A program made the translations under genes and the position numbers. This document shows positions 39,128 to 49,558 of a stretch of 64,000 nucleotides of DNA, in pieces. The stretch is from an uncultured Actinomycetota bacterium. Its GTDB lineage: Bacteria; Actinomycetota; Actinomycetes; Propionibacteriales; Propionibacteriaceae. The notes under the pieces are model-generated. The model was not told the origin of the DNA and ran no database searches. It saw only the letters and a list, made by a program, of their open reading frames with translations. The DNA lies in assembly GCA_963744455.1 (NCBI GenBank), contig CAVUTQ010000028.1, positions 66,216 through 130,215 of the forward strand. The letters are read 5' to 3'. Within the stretch, counting starts at the first letter, position 1. The number at the start of each line of letters is the position of its first letter.

Positions 39128-41356
39128 CTATTTGGGCGTACGCCGGAATAGCGATCGCGGAAGCAGCAGCGCCATCACCCTTTGGCGCAGATCGGCCGGA
39201 GCCGCCACCCCTCGCCGAATCTCTGAGGTCATCGTCGGTAGCTCGGTCATAGCGCCCCCATGGTCGAAGCTGCGCGCATAGCGCGATCGTTCAACCAGGG
39301 TGGCAACCCGGCTCATCGACTCCGACTCGTCCTCATCAAGTCGGTGCGCCATTTCCTCGCCGATTGCACGTGGTGAGCCCTCGGGCCAGGATCCGCCGTA
39401 ATCCAACACGGTGTCCCTGATCTCGGCCCAGGCCTCCTCGACCTGTTCCTCGGCCGGTCCGCTCCCGTTGAGTCGGCCGCTGCGTCGCCGCACGCGAATG
39501 GTGGCTGGCGCCGCCAGGATGGCCAGCAACACCAGAGCGATGCTGGTTCCGATCAGGGTGCGTCCCCAGCGCGTACCGGCGCCCTGCCCGGGAACGTTCG
39601 GTTGCTCGCTTGGCCCGACCGATGGTGCGGCGCCTGGTGATACCTCGTCGGCCGTCGGCTCCGAGGAGGGGTTTGCTGACGGGTCGCTTCCGGAGGAGTC
39701 CGCGTTCTGCACGGTCCACGATGGTGCGGACCCGGTCACGCTGGCCGGTGTGGGCTCAAACCGCACCCAGCCGTGGTTCGCGAAGTACAGCTCTGGCCAG
39801 GCATGCATGTCGCGGATCGACACCTTCCAGCCTTCCTCGTCCCGTTCACCCGGCAGAAAGCCGACTGACACCCGAGAGGGAATGCCGATCACCCGCGCCA
39901 TCATGGCCATCGCGGACGCGAACTGCTCGCAGTAGCCCCGCCGATCTTGAAGCAGGAAGTTTTGGAGCGCCTCATAGCCACTGCCGGGCAGTGGTTCGGT
40001 GCTATAGGTGAACTCGTTGCCGCGCAGATAGGCCTGGATGGCGGCCGCCTTCGCAGCAGGGGTGTCGGCGTTGGCCGTGATGCGATTGGCTAGCTGCACC
40101 AGGTTGTCCGGCAGATCGGAGGGGATTTCTGCGGTCACCGCCGCGTCAGCAGGAGTGCCGGCGACAGCATCGTCGAGCTCGCCGCCCTCTGGCTCGATGT
40201 CCACGCTCTCGACGGTGTAGGTCAGACGACGCAGATCCTGGGCCCGGTTGTCGGCGTTCACCACGAGCAAGGAGTTGGCGTCGAAACGCCAGTCTCCCGG
40301 CGCGTCATAGCTGCGCGGTGCATACGGGAGTGGCAGGTACTGGGAGGAGAATTCCAACACATTGATGGTTGTCCTCCGCCTGTCGCTTGGCTCGCTGCTC
40401 AGACCCGGGACGGCTGGTAGGGATTGCCCGCTGTTCAGCCGTATTTGCACATTGCTCCAGCCGTTCGCATTCAACTGAGGGAGCGAGGCGAGGCGCAGGT
40501 AGACCCCACCCGGGCCGGTGGTCTGATACTGGATCACGTCGCGATCTTCTGGCTGGTTGAGATTGCGGCGCAGATCCAAGGTGGGATCTGTCAGCTGAAG
40601 CGGACCGCTGCCACCTGGCCCATTGCCGAAACCCAGACCGCCGGGCAGGGACAGCGTGGGCAAGGCAAACCCGAGCACGATGGTCGCCACGATGGCCGGA
40701 ACGGCAAGATAGCCGGCTGCGCGCCAGACCACCGGCATAGCTGCGCCGAAGCGCTCCGCCGAGTCGCGGGAGAGTCCCCGAGTCCATCGCGCGGTGGAGT
40801 TAAGGCCCTCGGCGATCAAGATGGCGAGATAACCAACGGCGATGTAGCAGAAGCTGATCACTCCCGTGTCGGTGCCCAAACCGAGCGCCGGCACCAGAAA
40901 CAGGGTGGCGGGCGGTGCGATCGCCCAAGCCGGTCGCCCGACACCGGAGACCAACAGATCGGTCATGATCATGATCATTCCGATCACTGTCACGAAGATC
41001 AGCTTCACGCCGTCGTTGGGATCCATGGGCGAGGCCTGAGTGCGCATGTGCTCGATGCCCGCCGCCCAGAGCGAGGCGTAGTGCTCGAACCACGGCGTGC
41101 CCAGCTCACTCAGCGGCGAGACGAGGGTGAGACTGAGGCCGAGGGAGTAGAACAGCAAGATCGCGACCTGGGCGCCGAGCACCACACCGTTGGTCAACTG
41201 AATGCGTCGCAGTCCCAGGCTCGCCGCGCCGATGGCGATGATCAACAGCCAGCTCAGGCCGACAAAGCCGGAATCCTGGGTGAGTGGGGTCACCGTCAAA
41301 CAGGCCAGCATCACCGAGATGGTCACGGCGATGGCGCTGCGGTCGGAGGCACGCAT
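39128..41356 (-). CDS. Transglutaminase-like membrane protein (TgpA/DUF3488)
   Basis: Multiple TM segments; RGYCEQFASAMA.MAR..GIPSRVSVGF, HAWPELYF, WVRFEPTP. Confidence 0.92.
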   Translation of the reverse strand: MRASDRSAIAVTISVMLACLTVTPLTQDSGFVGLSWLLIIAIGAASLGLRRIQLTNGVVLGAQVAILLFYSLGLSLTLVSPLSELGTPWFEHYASLWAAGIEHMRTQASPMDPNDGVKLIFVTVIGMIMIMTDLLVSGVGRPAWAIAPPATLFLVPALGLGTDTGVISFCYIAVGYLAILIAEGLNSTARWTRGLSRDSAERFGAAMPVVWRAAGYLAVPAIVATIVLGFALPTLSLPGGLGFGNGPGGSGPLQLTDPTLDLRRNLNQPEDRDVIQYQTTGPGGVYLRLASLPQLNANGWSNVQIRLNSGQSLPAVPGLSSEPSDRRRTTINVLEFSSQYLPLPYAPRSYDAPGDWRFDANSLLVVNADNRAQDLRRLTYTVESVDIEPEGGELDDAVAGTPADAAVTAEIPSDLPDNLVQLANRITANADTPAAKAAAIQAYLRGNEFTYSTEPLPGSGYEALQNFLLQDRRGYCEQFASAMAMMARVIGIPSRVSVGFLPGERDEEGWKVSIRDMHAWPELYFANHGWVRFEPTPASVTGSAPSWTVQNADSSGSDPSANPSSEPTADEVSPGAAPSVGPSEQPNVPGQGAGTRWGRTLIGTSIALVLLAILAAPATIRVRRRSGRLNGSGPAEEQVEEAWAEIRDTVLDYGGSWPEGSPRAIGEEMAHRLDEDESESMSRVATLVERSRYARSFDHGGAMTELPTMTSEIRRGVAAPADLRQRVMALLLPRSLFRRTPK

Positions 41357-41358
41357 GT

Positions 41359-42621
41359 TCAGGCCGCCGTGTTGAGCTGTTCCAGGGCAGACCACGCATC
41401 AGCGACGCCCATGCCGCGTGGTACGTCGATGACGCGCCACTGGTTGTCCCGCAGGATTTGCCCCGCCAGCTCGTGCTGTGCCCGCTGCTGCTCACTGGTT
41501 GGTTCGTCGGCAAACGTGTCAACGTCCAGCAACATCGCCAGGCCCTGAGCCCGATTGCGCCGCACTCGGAGCAATGAATTCGCATCCTGTGCGTTCATCC
41601 GGCCCATGATCGCGACGGCAAGCTGTCCGGGCCGGTCAACCGTGGCGGACTCAACGGCGTGGTGGATCGTGGTGGTCGGACGTGACCTGAGGTCGGTCAG
41701 CCGGCTGACCACAAGTTCCTGGGACGCCGAGCTGTGCTGACCCATGGTCCCGCTGATGTTCAGCGGCCCGTCGGCCTCGTAGATCTCGATGCCGAAGCCG
41801 TCATCCAGGAAGTGAATAGCGATCGACGCGGCCGCCGAAATCGCCCACTCCAGCGAGTTCTGCATGCCCCGACCCGCGTGGGCGCTTGATCGCGAATCCA
41901 GCACGACGCTGGCGCTGGGGTCCCAGGACTGCTCCTCGCGGCGCACCATGAGGTCTCCCAACCGGGCGGTAGAGCGCCAGTGGATTCGCCGTACGTCGTC
42001 ACCCTGCCGGTACTCCCGCACCAGCGCGTCGTCTTGGCCGACCACGCCAACTCGGTGTGGTCGAGCCTCGCCGGTGCTGCCACCGCCACCAATCGTCTTG
42101 ATCGTCGGCAGCGGCACGATCCGCGGTGTCACCATCACCTCACTGGTGGCGACGAACTGCCGATCAAGCTGCACCAGACCGAATGGATCAACGGTCCGTA
42201 CGGTCAGCGGACCGGTGGAAAAGCGGCCCCGTACCCGCCCCAGCAACGGATACTCCACCACCCGGCGCCAGCTCTGATCCGCTCGGTCCACCAAGAATCG
42301 TGGCCGGTTGCCGAGCTCGCGCGGTACCGAGTCCTCGAGCAGCAAGATCCCGGCCGGCAATATGCCGTCTTGGCCGAGAATGATCTGGCCCTTCATCGGT
42401 GAGCCAAGCGGCACCTGGGCAGGCTCGATGGATCGCTCGCATGACATCCGGAGCCGGGCACGAGCGACCAAGATGGCGGCGATGACAGGGAGTGCCACCA
42501 GTAGTAGGCCCAATCGCATGACGTCACGTTGGCCGGCTGCCATCGCCAGCAGCACAACGATGAGGCCGATCACTACGAAGAACCGTCCTCGCGGGGTGAG
42601 CAGCCGCCACGGACGCGACAT
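41359..42621 (-). CDS. DUF58 family protein
   Basis: DPFGL and VREYRQGDDVRRIHWRSTARLGDLMVRREEQ. Confidence 0.93.
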   Translation of the reverse strand: MSRPWRLLTPRGRFFVVIGLIVVLLAMAAGQRDVMRLGLLLVALPVIAAILVARARLRMSCERSIEPAQVPLGSPMKGQIILGQDGILPAGILLLEDSVPRELGNRPRFLVDRADQSWRRVVEYPLLGRVRGRFSTGPLTVRTVDPFGLVQLDRQFVATSEVMVTPRIVPLPTIKTIGGGGSTGEARPHRVGVVGQDDALVREYRQGDDVRRIHWRSTARLGDLMVRREEQSWDPSASVVLDSRSSAHAGRGMQNSLEWAISAAASIAIHFLDDGFGIEIYEADGPLNISGTMGQHSSASQELVVSRLTDLRSRPTTTIHHAVESATVDRPGQLAVAIMGRMNAQDANSLLRVRRNRAQGLAMLLDVDTFADEPTSEQQRAQHELAGQILRDNQWRVIDVPRGMGVADAWSALEQLNTAA

Positions 42622-42622
42622 G

Positions 42623-43625
42623 TTATCTCCGGTCGGGAATGTGAACGGACTGGATGGCCTGGGCGATCACGTCGGTCACCGTACGATGGGCGAGCTGGGC
42701 ATCGGTGGAGGGCAAGACCCGATGCGCCAGGACGGAGACTCCGAGGGCCGCAACGTCGTCCGGGGTCACATAGTCCCGGCCCGACATCGCCGCGAACGCG
42801 CGGCTCGCACGGAGCAGTTGGAGGGTCGCGCGAGGTGAAGCGCCGAGCCGAAGGTCGCGCGAGTTCCGCGTGGCGTTGACAATCTGGACGATGTAGTGCT
42901 TGACGGCCGGGCTGACGTAGACCTTCTTGACCGCCTCGATCAGCCCTCGGACGGTGGAGCCATCGGTCACCGGCTGCAGCGCGGCGAGCGGATCGGAAGA
43001 GCCGTGAGATTCGAGCATGTCCAGCTCAGAGTTCGGGGTCGGATAGCCCATCTGGATCCGCGCCATGAACCGGTCCCGCTGCGCCTCCGGTAGCGGGTAG
43101 GTGCCTTCCATCTCGATCGGATTCTGGGTGGCGACCACCATGAAGGGCGGCTCGAGCCGATAGGTCGTGCCGTCGACGCTGACCTGGCGTTCTTCCATCG
43201 ACTCCAAGAGGGCCGACTGCGTCTTCGGTGAGGCACGGTTGATCTCGTCACCGACCACGATATTGGCGAAGATGCCGCCAGGCTTGAATTCGAAGTCGCG
43301 CGTTTCCTGATTGAACACCGAGACGCCGGTGATGTCTGATGGCAGCAGGTCCGGTGTGAACTGAACTCGGCGGACGGAGCAGGCGATTGAGCGGCCTAGT
43401 GCCTTGGCCAGCATGGTCTTGCCGACCCCGGGCACATCCTCGACAAGCAAGTGACCTTCGGCCAGCAGCACGACCAGCGCCAGGTCGACCGAGCTCCGCT
43501 TTCCCTCGATCACGCTCTCCATCGCGTGCCGCACCTTGCCCAGTCACCTGGACCACGTCGCCGAGAGAGTAGGCCCGGTCAGGACTCCGCCCGATCTCGG
43601 CTGCCTTCTCATAGCCCAGGGACAT
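42623..43625 (-). CDS. MoxR-family AAA ATPase; apparent frameshift near the N-terminus (~43540)
   Basis: EGHLLVEDVPGVGKT, QFTPDLLPSD, DEINRASPKTQSALLE, TQNPIEMEGTYPLPEAQRDRF. The upstream frame MSLGY...VVQVTG joins it if one G is removed. Confidence 0.92.
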
Positions 43626-43710
43626 GTGCAAACCCTACGTGTTATCTCCCGCTCTCAGGAAAAAGGGCAACACGCCGAAGCTGAAAGGACAAGCGGTCCT
43701 GGGGTGCCAT

Positions 43711-43746
43711 GTGGGGGAAAGTGGGGTATGGTGGGGCAAAGTGGAG
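43711..43746 (+). promoter_or_regulatory. MraZ-binding direct repeats
   Basis: Four GTGG(G/A)G boxes at exact 10-bp period: gtgggggaaa gtggggtatg gtggggcaaa gtggag. Confidence 0.85.
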
Positions 43747-43783
43747 AACAGCGGTTGATGAGTGGGGGTTAGGAGGGTGGCCC

Positions 43784-44212
43784 ATGTTTCTTGGCACCCA
43801 CACTCCGAAGCTCGACGACAAAGGCCGTCTGATCCTTCCGGCGAAGTACCGCGACGATCTGGCTGACGGCCTGGTGATCACCCGATTCCAGGAGCGATGC
43901 CTGGCCATCTGGCCGATCAGTGCGTTCGTCGAGGTGACCAAAACCGCGAGGAGCGCCTCCTCCAGCCAGCAAGACGTCCGGGACTACCAGCGGATGCTCG
44001 CTTCGGGAGCCTCGAACGAGATACCGGACAAGCAAGGCCGGATCACGATCCCGCCTCATCTGAGGTCGTACGCCGGCCTGGACAAGGACTGTGTCGTGGT
44101 GGGGGCGATCGAACGCGTGGAGGTCTGGAATGCCGCCGCGTGGGAGCAGTACTCCGCTGAGAAGGAGCCGGCGTTTGCCGAACTGAATCAGAACGTGTTC
44201 CCAGGAGGCTGA
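43784..44212 (+). CDS. mraZ: Division/cell wall cluster repressor MraZ
   Basis: [23 protein letters not shown] and DKQGRITIP. Confidence 0.97.
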   Translation: MFLGTHTPKLDDKGRLILPAKYRDDLADGLVITRFQERCLAIWPISAFVEVTKTARSASSSQQDVRDYQRMLASGASNEIPDKQGRITIPPHLRSYAGLDKDCVVVGAIERVEVWNAAAWEQYSAEKEPAFAELNQNVFPGG

Positions 44213-44244
44213 GGAGCGCGGCAACAGAAGGGACGTAAGAGGGC

Positions 44245-44347
44245 TCGTGTAGAGAGGCTTCAACCCGCAGGTTCGACTCCCTGACACAACTTCCCCGGTG
44301 CCAGGTAGGACTCCCCGCGGATCTCGGGTTGAAACCCCTCTACACGA
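44245..44347 (+). ncRNA. mraW RNA motif-like hairpin
   Basis: cctgacac-AACTTCCCCG-gtgccagg hairpin with the CUUCCCC loop, enclosed by ttcaacccg/cgggttgaa and tcgtgtagag/ctctacacga stems, between mraZ and rsmH. Confidence 0.75.
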
Positions 44348-44395
44348 ACCAGCGAGCTGCGAGCAGCTCAAGGATTAGAAGGGTCGAGATGTCGG

Positions 44396-45364
44396 ATGAA
44401 TGGCCGCGCCGAGCTGCACGTACCCGTCATGCTGGCGGAGGTCGTTGCGTTGCTGGCTCCGGCTCTCGAAGCACCGCCCACCGACGCGCCAGCTGAAGGC
44501 TGCGTTCTCGTCGACTGCACACTCGGCCTCGGCGGTCATGCCCACGCCCTGCTGGCTGCGTGTCCCCAAGCGCAGCTGATCGGATTGGATCGTGATCCGC
44601 AGGCGCTGGCTCTGGCGCGCGAGCGGCTGGCAGAGTTTCGTGACCGGATCACACTCGTCGAGGCGGTCTACGACCAGCTGCCGGAGGTGCTCGCAAGACT
44701 CGGCCGCCCCAAGGTGCAGGGGATTCTGCTTGACCTCGGCGTCTCCTCGCTCCAGATTGACGATTCGGAACGCGGGTTCGCCTACGCTCAAGATGCGCCG
44801 CTCGACATGCGGATGGGACGCCAGGAGCTGACAGCAGCCGAGATCCTCAATACCTATTCGAGAGCCGAGCTGTCCCGAGTCCTGCGAGCCTACGGTGAGG
44901 AGCGCTACGCCGATCAGATTGCTCGCCGGATAGTTGCCGAGCGAGAGCGTGAGCCTTTCGCCACCTCGCGCCGACTCGTCCAGCTGCTCTACGACACTGT
45001 GCCGGCAGCATCCCGCAAGACCGGTGGCCACCCTGCGAAGCGGACGTTCCAGGCCCTGCGGATCGAGGTGAACGCCGAGCTCGAATCGCTGGAGTCTGTG
45101 CTGCCGAGTGCTATCGCGGCGCTCGCACTTCATGGCCGGATCGCGGTGTTGGCCTACCACTCGCTCGAGGACAGGTTGGTCAAGCAGATCCTCGGCCTGG
45201 CCGCTCGGGATCGCGCGCCACGCGAGCTACCCGTCGTCCCGGCAGGCCTCCGGTCGGAGCTGCGGCTGTTGACCCGAGGAGCACTGCGGCCCAGCGCTGC
45301 CGAGATCGCCCGCAACCCACGCGCTGCCTCGGCCCGGCTCCGTGCGGCAGTCCGCGTCATCTGA
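44396..45364 (+). CDS. rsmH: 16S rRNA m4C1402 methyltransferase
   Basis: [58 protein letters not shown]. Confidence 0.97.
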   Translation: MNGRAELHVPVMLAEVVALLAPALEAPPTDAPAEGCVLVDCTLGLGGHAHALLAACPQAQLIGLDRDPQALALARERLAEFRDRITLVEAVYDQLPEVLARLGRPKVQGILLDLGVSSLQIDDSERGFAYAQDAPLDMRMGRQELTAAEILNTYSRAELSRVLRAYGEERYADQIARRIVAEREREPFATSRRLVQLLYDTVPAASRKTGGHPAKRTFQALRIEVNAELESLESVLPSAIAALALHGRIAVLAYHSLEDRLVKQILGLAARDRAPRELPVVPAGLRSELRLLTRGALRPSAAEIARNPRAASARLRAAVRVI

Positions 45365-45379
45365 GATGGCGGTGGCCGG

Positions 45380-46000
45380 GTGAGTGCGCTGTGGGCACCC
45401 CTCACTGCAAGGAGTGACAACGCCAGGACGACGGGCCGGCCCCTGCGGGCAGTGGCCCCGCCGCCCGCCCGCTTGGCTCGATTCCCCTTTCTCCTCGTGT
45501 TGATTGGGATTTTTGGGGTCGGCATGGCGGGCCTGCTCATGCTCAATACCACGTTGCAGAGCCAGGCGTTCGAGTCGCGTACGCTCAATCGGCGGGCCAC
45601 CGAGCTCGCCTACGCCCAAGCCGATCTGGAGAATCAGCTCGACGCTCTCGCCGCTCCGCAGGAGCTCGCCCGTCGAGCGTCCGAGCTGGGCATGCGCCCC
45701 AATCCCTTCCCAGCCTTCCTGGTGCTGCCCAGCGGCAAGGTGGTGGGCAAGCCCCTTCCGGTGGGTGGTCACGAGGTACCCGCCCTCATTGTGAAGACAC
45801 CAGCGCAGCTGGCGGCCGAGGAGGCGGCCAAGCGTGCCCGTGCTGAGGCGAAGGCCGCCGCACGCGCCGCGAAGAAGAAGGCCGCAGCAGCAGAGGCACA
45901 GAGGAAAGCGGCCCAACGGGCGGCGGCCAAGCAGAATGAGGCCACTGAGGCCTCCGGCACGAAGACCAAGAAGGGCACGGAGGGCAGGGCGCAGGGTTGA
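45380..46000 (+). CDS. ftsL: FtsL-like cell division protein
   Basis: Single TM, coiled-coil, ARRASELGM; between rsmH and ftsI. Confidence 0.75.
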   Translation: MSALWAPLTARSDNARTTGRPLRAVAPPPARLARFPFLLVLIGIFGVGMAGLLMLNTTLQSQAFESRTLNRRATELAYAQADLENQLDALAAPQELARRASELGMRPNPFPAFLVLPSGKVVGKPLPVGGHEVPALIVKTPAQLAAEEAAKRARAEAKAAARAAKKKAAAAEAQRKAAQRAAAKQNEATEASGTKTKKGTEGRAQG

Positions 46001-47943
46001 TGGATGAGGAGCATCGTCCTCGGCCGCCGGCACACCCGGTGTCGTCGCGGCCACTCCGCTCCACGGCTGCCGCCGGCCATTCCCGGCCGACGGCGCCCGA
46101 CCGACCGTCCACGTTGCACGCCCGTGGTGTGCGGATTCTTCGTGACGGCACGGTGCTCACTCCCCGTCCGCGGGTGCGCCAACCGCCGCCGATCCGGCCG
46201 GTACGCCGCAGGCCTCCGATGCGGCTGCCGCTGGCGGCCGCGCCTCGGCGGCTCCATGTACTGCTCATCGCCATCGCCATGGCACTTTCCCTCTGCGCGG
46301 GCCGGCTACTCCAGCTGCAGGGCTTCGATTCGTCCACCTATACCGCCGACGCTCTGACCCGCACATTGCCGCTGCTGCCGGCGCGCGGCGACATCACCGA
46401 TCGGAACGGTCTCGTCCTTGCCTCAACCCAGCCAGCCGTCGCGGTGACAGCCGATCCGACTTTGACAGCTCCCCGAGCAGCGGAGTTCGCCAGCGTGCTT
46501 GCCGGGCACCTCGGCATGACGGAGGTGGAGCTCATGCCGCTGCTGACCAAGACCGGCACACGTTTTGTCTATCTCAAGAAGAAGGTGCCGGCTCTCACCT
46601 ACAGCGCGCTCGCTGAGGACTTGTCGAGCCGCGACTTGCGTGGCATTTTCCGCGAGAGCGATCCCATCCGCACCTATCCCAATGGCTCGGTCGGCGGCTC
46701 GGTGGTCGGATTCGTCGGGGCAGACGGCGACGGCCTGGCCGGGCTGGAGCGTACCCTCGATGCGCAGCTGGCCGGGGTGGAAGGCAAGGAAACTTATGAG
46801 ATCGCTCCGAACGGCAGCAAGATTCCGCTCGGCCGCAGGTCGATCACTCCGGCACGCAACGGCCTCAGCTTCCAGCTCACCCTCGACTCCGAGGTGCAAT
46901 GGGCTGCCGAACGGCGGCTGGCCGAGCAGGTTGCCAAGAGCCGCGCCGATTCAGGGTTTGCCATCGTCTTGGACGTCAAAACAGGTCAGGTGATCGCGCT
47001 GGCTAATGCCCCCAGCTACGACTCGTCGCGGCCGCAGGCTGCAAAATCTGAGGATCGGGGCAACCGCGCGATCTCGGCCGCGTACGAACCGGGAAGTGTG
47101 CAGAAGATCTTGACAGCGGCGGCGCTGATCGACTCAGGCACGGCAAATCCATCCACGCGCGTGGTCATTCCCGTCCGCCTTGGTTCGGGAGGCGGCTCCA
47201 TCAAGGATCACTTTTCGCATGGGGTGCTGCACTACACGATGCGTGGGGTGATCGCAGACTCATCCAACATCGGCACGGCATTGCTGGCCCGGCAGCTCGA
47301 CAAACAGCAGCTGCACGACTATCTGGTCAGCTTTGGTCTCGGGTCGACCACCAGCGTCGAACTGCCTGGCGAATCGGCAGGCATCATCCCGAAGCCAGAG
47401 ATGGCTGATGGCCAGCGCGATCAAATCGCTTTCGGGCAAGCGATCGCGGTGACGGGGATTCAGGAAGCCTCCGCCATCGCGGGCGTCGTGAATCGCGGGA
47501 TCTACCACCCGCCAACACTGATCAAGAAGGCATTTGATGGGGACGGCAAAGAGGTTGGGGTGCCGCGAGAGCCGCAGCGGCGGGTCATCTCGGAGAAGAG
47601 TTCGGCACAGGTACGCGAGCTGATGCAGTCAGTCATCGACACCGTTAATGGTCAGCGGAACCTGAAGCTCGACAGGTACACCACCGGCGGCAAGACCGGC
47701 ACTGCACAGCGCGTCGAGACGAGCTGCCGCTGTTATCGAGGCTACGTAACCTCATTCGTGGGTTTTGCGCCACTCGACGATCCGCAGATTCTGACGTATG
47801 TCGTCATCAGCAACCCGCGTAGCGGCGATACCGGAACGGTGACAGCGGCGCCTGCCTACCGCGACATCATGAACGTTGCCTTGCCGCGATATTCGGTCAT
47901 TCCCGATGCCCGGCCGCACAAGCCGTTGCCCACTGAGTGGTGA
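45997..47943 (+). CDS. ftsI: Class B penicillin-binding protein FtsI
   Basis: ARGDITDRNG, YEPGSVQK (SxxK), SSN, KTGTAQ. Confidence 0.95.
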   Translation: MMDEEHRPRPPAHPVSSRPLRSTAAAGHSRPTAPDRPSTLHARGVRILRDGTVLTPRPRVRQPPPIRPVRRRPPMRLPLAAAPRRLHVLLIAIAMALSLCAGRLLQLQGFDSSTYTADALTRTLPLLPARGDITDRNGLVLASTQPAVAVTADPTLTAPRAAEFASVLAGHLGMTEVELMPLLTKTGTRFVYLKKKVPALTYSALAEDLSSRDLRGIFRESDPIRTYPNGSVGGSVVGFVGADGDGLAGLERTLDAQLAGVEGKETYEIAPNGSKIPLGRRSITPARNGLSFQLTLDSEVQWAAERRLAEQVAKSRADSGFAIVLDVKTGQVIALANAPSYDSSRPQAAKSEDRGNRAISAAYEPGSVQKILTAAALIDSGTANPSTRVVIPVRLGSGGGSIKDHFSHGVLHYTMRGVIADSSNIGTALLARQLDKQQLHDYLVSFGLGSTTSVELPGESAGIIPKPEMADGQRDQIAFGQAIAVTGIQEASAIAGVVNRGIYHPPTLIKKAFDGDGKEVGVPREPQRRVISEKSSAQVRELMQSVIDTVNGQRNLKLDRYTTGGKTGTAQRVETSCRCYRGYVTSFVGFAPLDDPQILTYVVISNPRSGDTGTVTAAPAYRDIMNVALPRYSVIPDARPHKPLPTEW

Positions 47944-47992
47944 TCTGAGGGTATTGGTCCGCATGGGCCGAGGAGTCGGTAGCGTCACCAGC

Positions 47993-49558
47993 GTGTCTTC
48001 TGCTCTACGGGGGGCCGTGCTCCGGCCGCGCACCAGACACCAGATCGGTCTGGCCGAGCTGTTCGGGGACCGCGGCGCGGTGAGCGACCCGGTTGTCAGT
48101 GGCATCAGCATCGACTCCCGGCTGGTACGTCCCGGCGACCTCTACGTCGCGCTGTCTGGTGCGCATCATCACGGCGCTGAATTCGCGCGGCAAGCCGCGC
48201 ACGCGGGGGCGGTTGCCATCCTCACCGACGCGGCTGGCCGCCGCATGGTCAACGGCGTGCCGCTTCCGGTGATCGTGGTCGACCATCCGCGGCAGGCGAT
48301 GGCGGGCGTCGCCGCCACCATCTACGGTCGGCCGGCCGACGCGCTCACGATGTGTGCCGTCACCGGCACCAACGGGAAGACGACCACAACCTTCCTCCTG
48401 GAAGCGGCCCTGCGGGCGGGGGGAGTGGGCACCGGGCTGATCGGTACCGTCGGCTTCCGGCTGAACGGCGTTGCCCTCGACTGCATTCCCACGACCGTGA
48501 CCACGCCGGAGTCGACCGACCTTCAGGGTCTGCTGGCCTTCCTACTCGAGGAGCGGGCGGAGACCGTGGTGATGGAGGTCTCCTCGCATGCTCTGGTGCT
48601 CGGTCGCGCGGATGCGATCACTTTTGACGTCGCAGCCTTCACCAACCTCGGCAGAGATCATCTGGATTTCCATGGCGATGTGGAGTCCTACTTCGAGGCG
48701 AAGGCATCGTTGTTCACTCCGGACCGGACCAGGCACGCGGTGATCAACGTCGACGATCCGCGAGGCCGCGAGCTGGTACGGCGCATCGCCCGTCACCCTG
48801 GGATCGGCCTCACCACTGTGAGTCTTGACGGCGACGGGGGTTGCCGAGCGTTGGCGTACCAGGTTCGACCTGATGGACGCGTCACCGTTCGGGCCGACGT
48901 GCGCGGTCGTACTGTCGAGTTCGACCTCAGACTCCCTGGTGACTTCAATATCCGCAACGCGTTGACAGCGCTGGCGATGGTTGACGCGATCGGGGGGGAT
49001 CTGGAACGCGCCGCTATCGGTTTGGGCGAGGCCAATGTGTCGGGCCGGATGCAGCGGGTCGAGTTGGGCCCCAGCGCACCGCTGGTCTATGTGGACTTCG
49101 CGCATACGCCCCAGGCGATCGCTGCCGCCTTGGCGGCAGTCGGGGGGCGGCGCCGCCTTGTGGTGGTTGGTTGCGGTGGCGACCGCGATCCGCTGAAGCG
49201 AGAGCCGATGGGCGAGTCGGCTGCGCGACATGCTGATGTCGTGATCGCCACCGACGACAATCCACGGTCCGAAGACCCCACCGCCATTCGGGCACAGCTG
49301 ATCAGCGGGGCGCGCGCTGCGGTGCGCCGGGACGGTCTGGCGACAGAGGTCATCGACGGCGGCGACCGGCGCTCGGCGATCCACCTCGCCTTGCAGCTGG
49401 CGGCTCCTGGTGATGTGGTCGCGATCCTCGGCAAAGGCCATGAGCTCGGTCAGGAAATCGCCGGAACGGTCCTGCCATTCAGCGATCCGGTGGTGGCAGC
49501 GGAGGAGTGGGCCGCGCTGCATCCGGATCTGCCCGGCCAGCAGGACGCGATGCCGTGA
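47993..49558 (+). CDS. murE: UDP-MurNAc-dipeptide--diaminopimelate ligase (start uncertain; 47963 possible)
   Basis: [36 protein letters not shown]. Confidence 0.96.
   Translation: MSSALRGAVLRPRTRHQIGLAELFGDRGAVSDPVVSGISIDSRLVRPGDLYVALSGAHHHGAEFARQAAHAGAVAILTDAAGRRMVNGVPLPVIVVDHPRQAMAGVAATIYGRPADALTMCAVTGTNGKTTTTFLLEAALRAGGVGTGLIGTVGFRLNGVALDCIPTTVTTPESTDLQGLLAFLLEERAETVVMEVSSHALVLGRADAITFDVAAFTNLGRDHLDFHGDVESYFEAKASLFTPDRTRHAVINVDDPRGRELVRRIARHPGIGLTTVSLDGDGGCRALAYQVRPDGRVTVRADVRGRTVEFDLRLPGDFNIRNALTALAMVDAIGGDLERAAIGLGEANVSGRMQRVELGPSAPLVYVDFAHTPQAIAAALAAVGGRRRLVVVGCGGDRDPLKREPMGESAARHADVVIATDDNPRSEDPTAIRAQLISGARAAVRRDGLATEVIDGGDRRSAIHLALQLAAPGDVVAILGKGHELGQEIAGTVLPFSDPVVAAEEWAALHPDLPGQQDAMP

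Noticed and set aside
43711-43771. G-rich repeats as a G-quadruplex or mini-CRISPR
   Set aside because: The 10-bp period and the position before mraZ are fully explained by MraZ boxes.
45790-46000. Ala/Lys-rich histone-like tail on FtsL
   Set aside because: Low-complexity tails are common on actinobacterial FtsL-like proteins; no evidence of a separate function.
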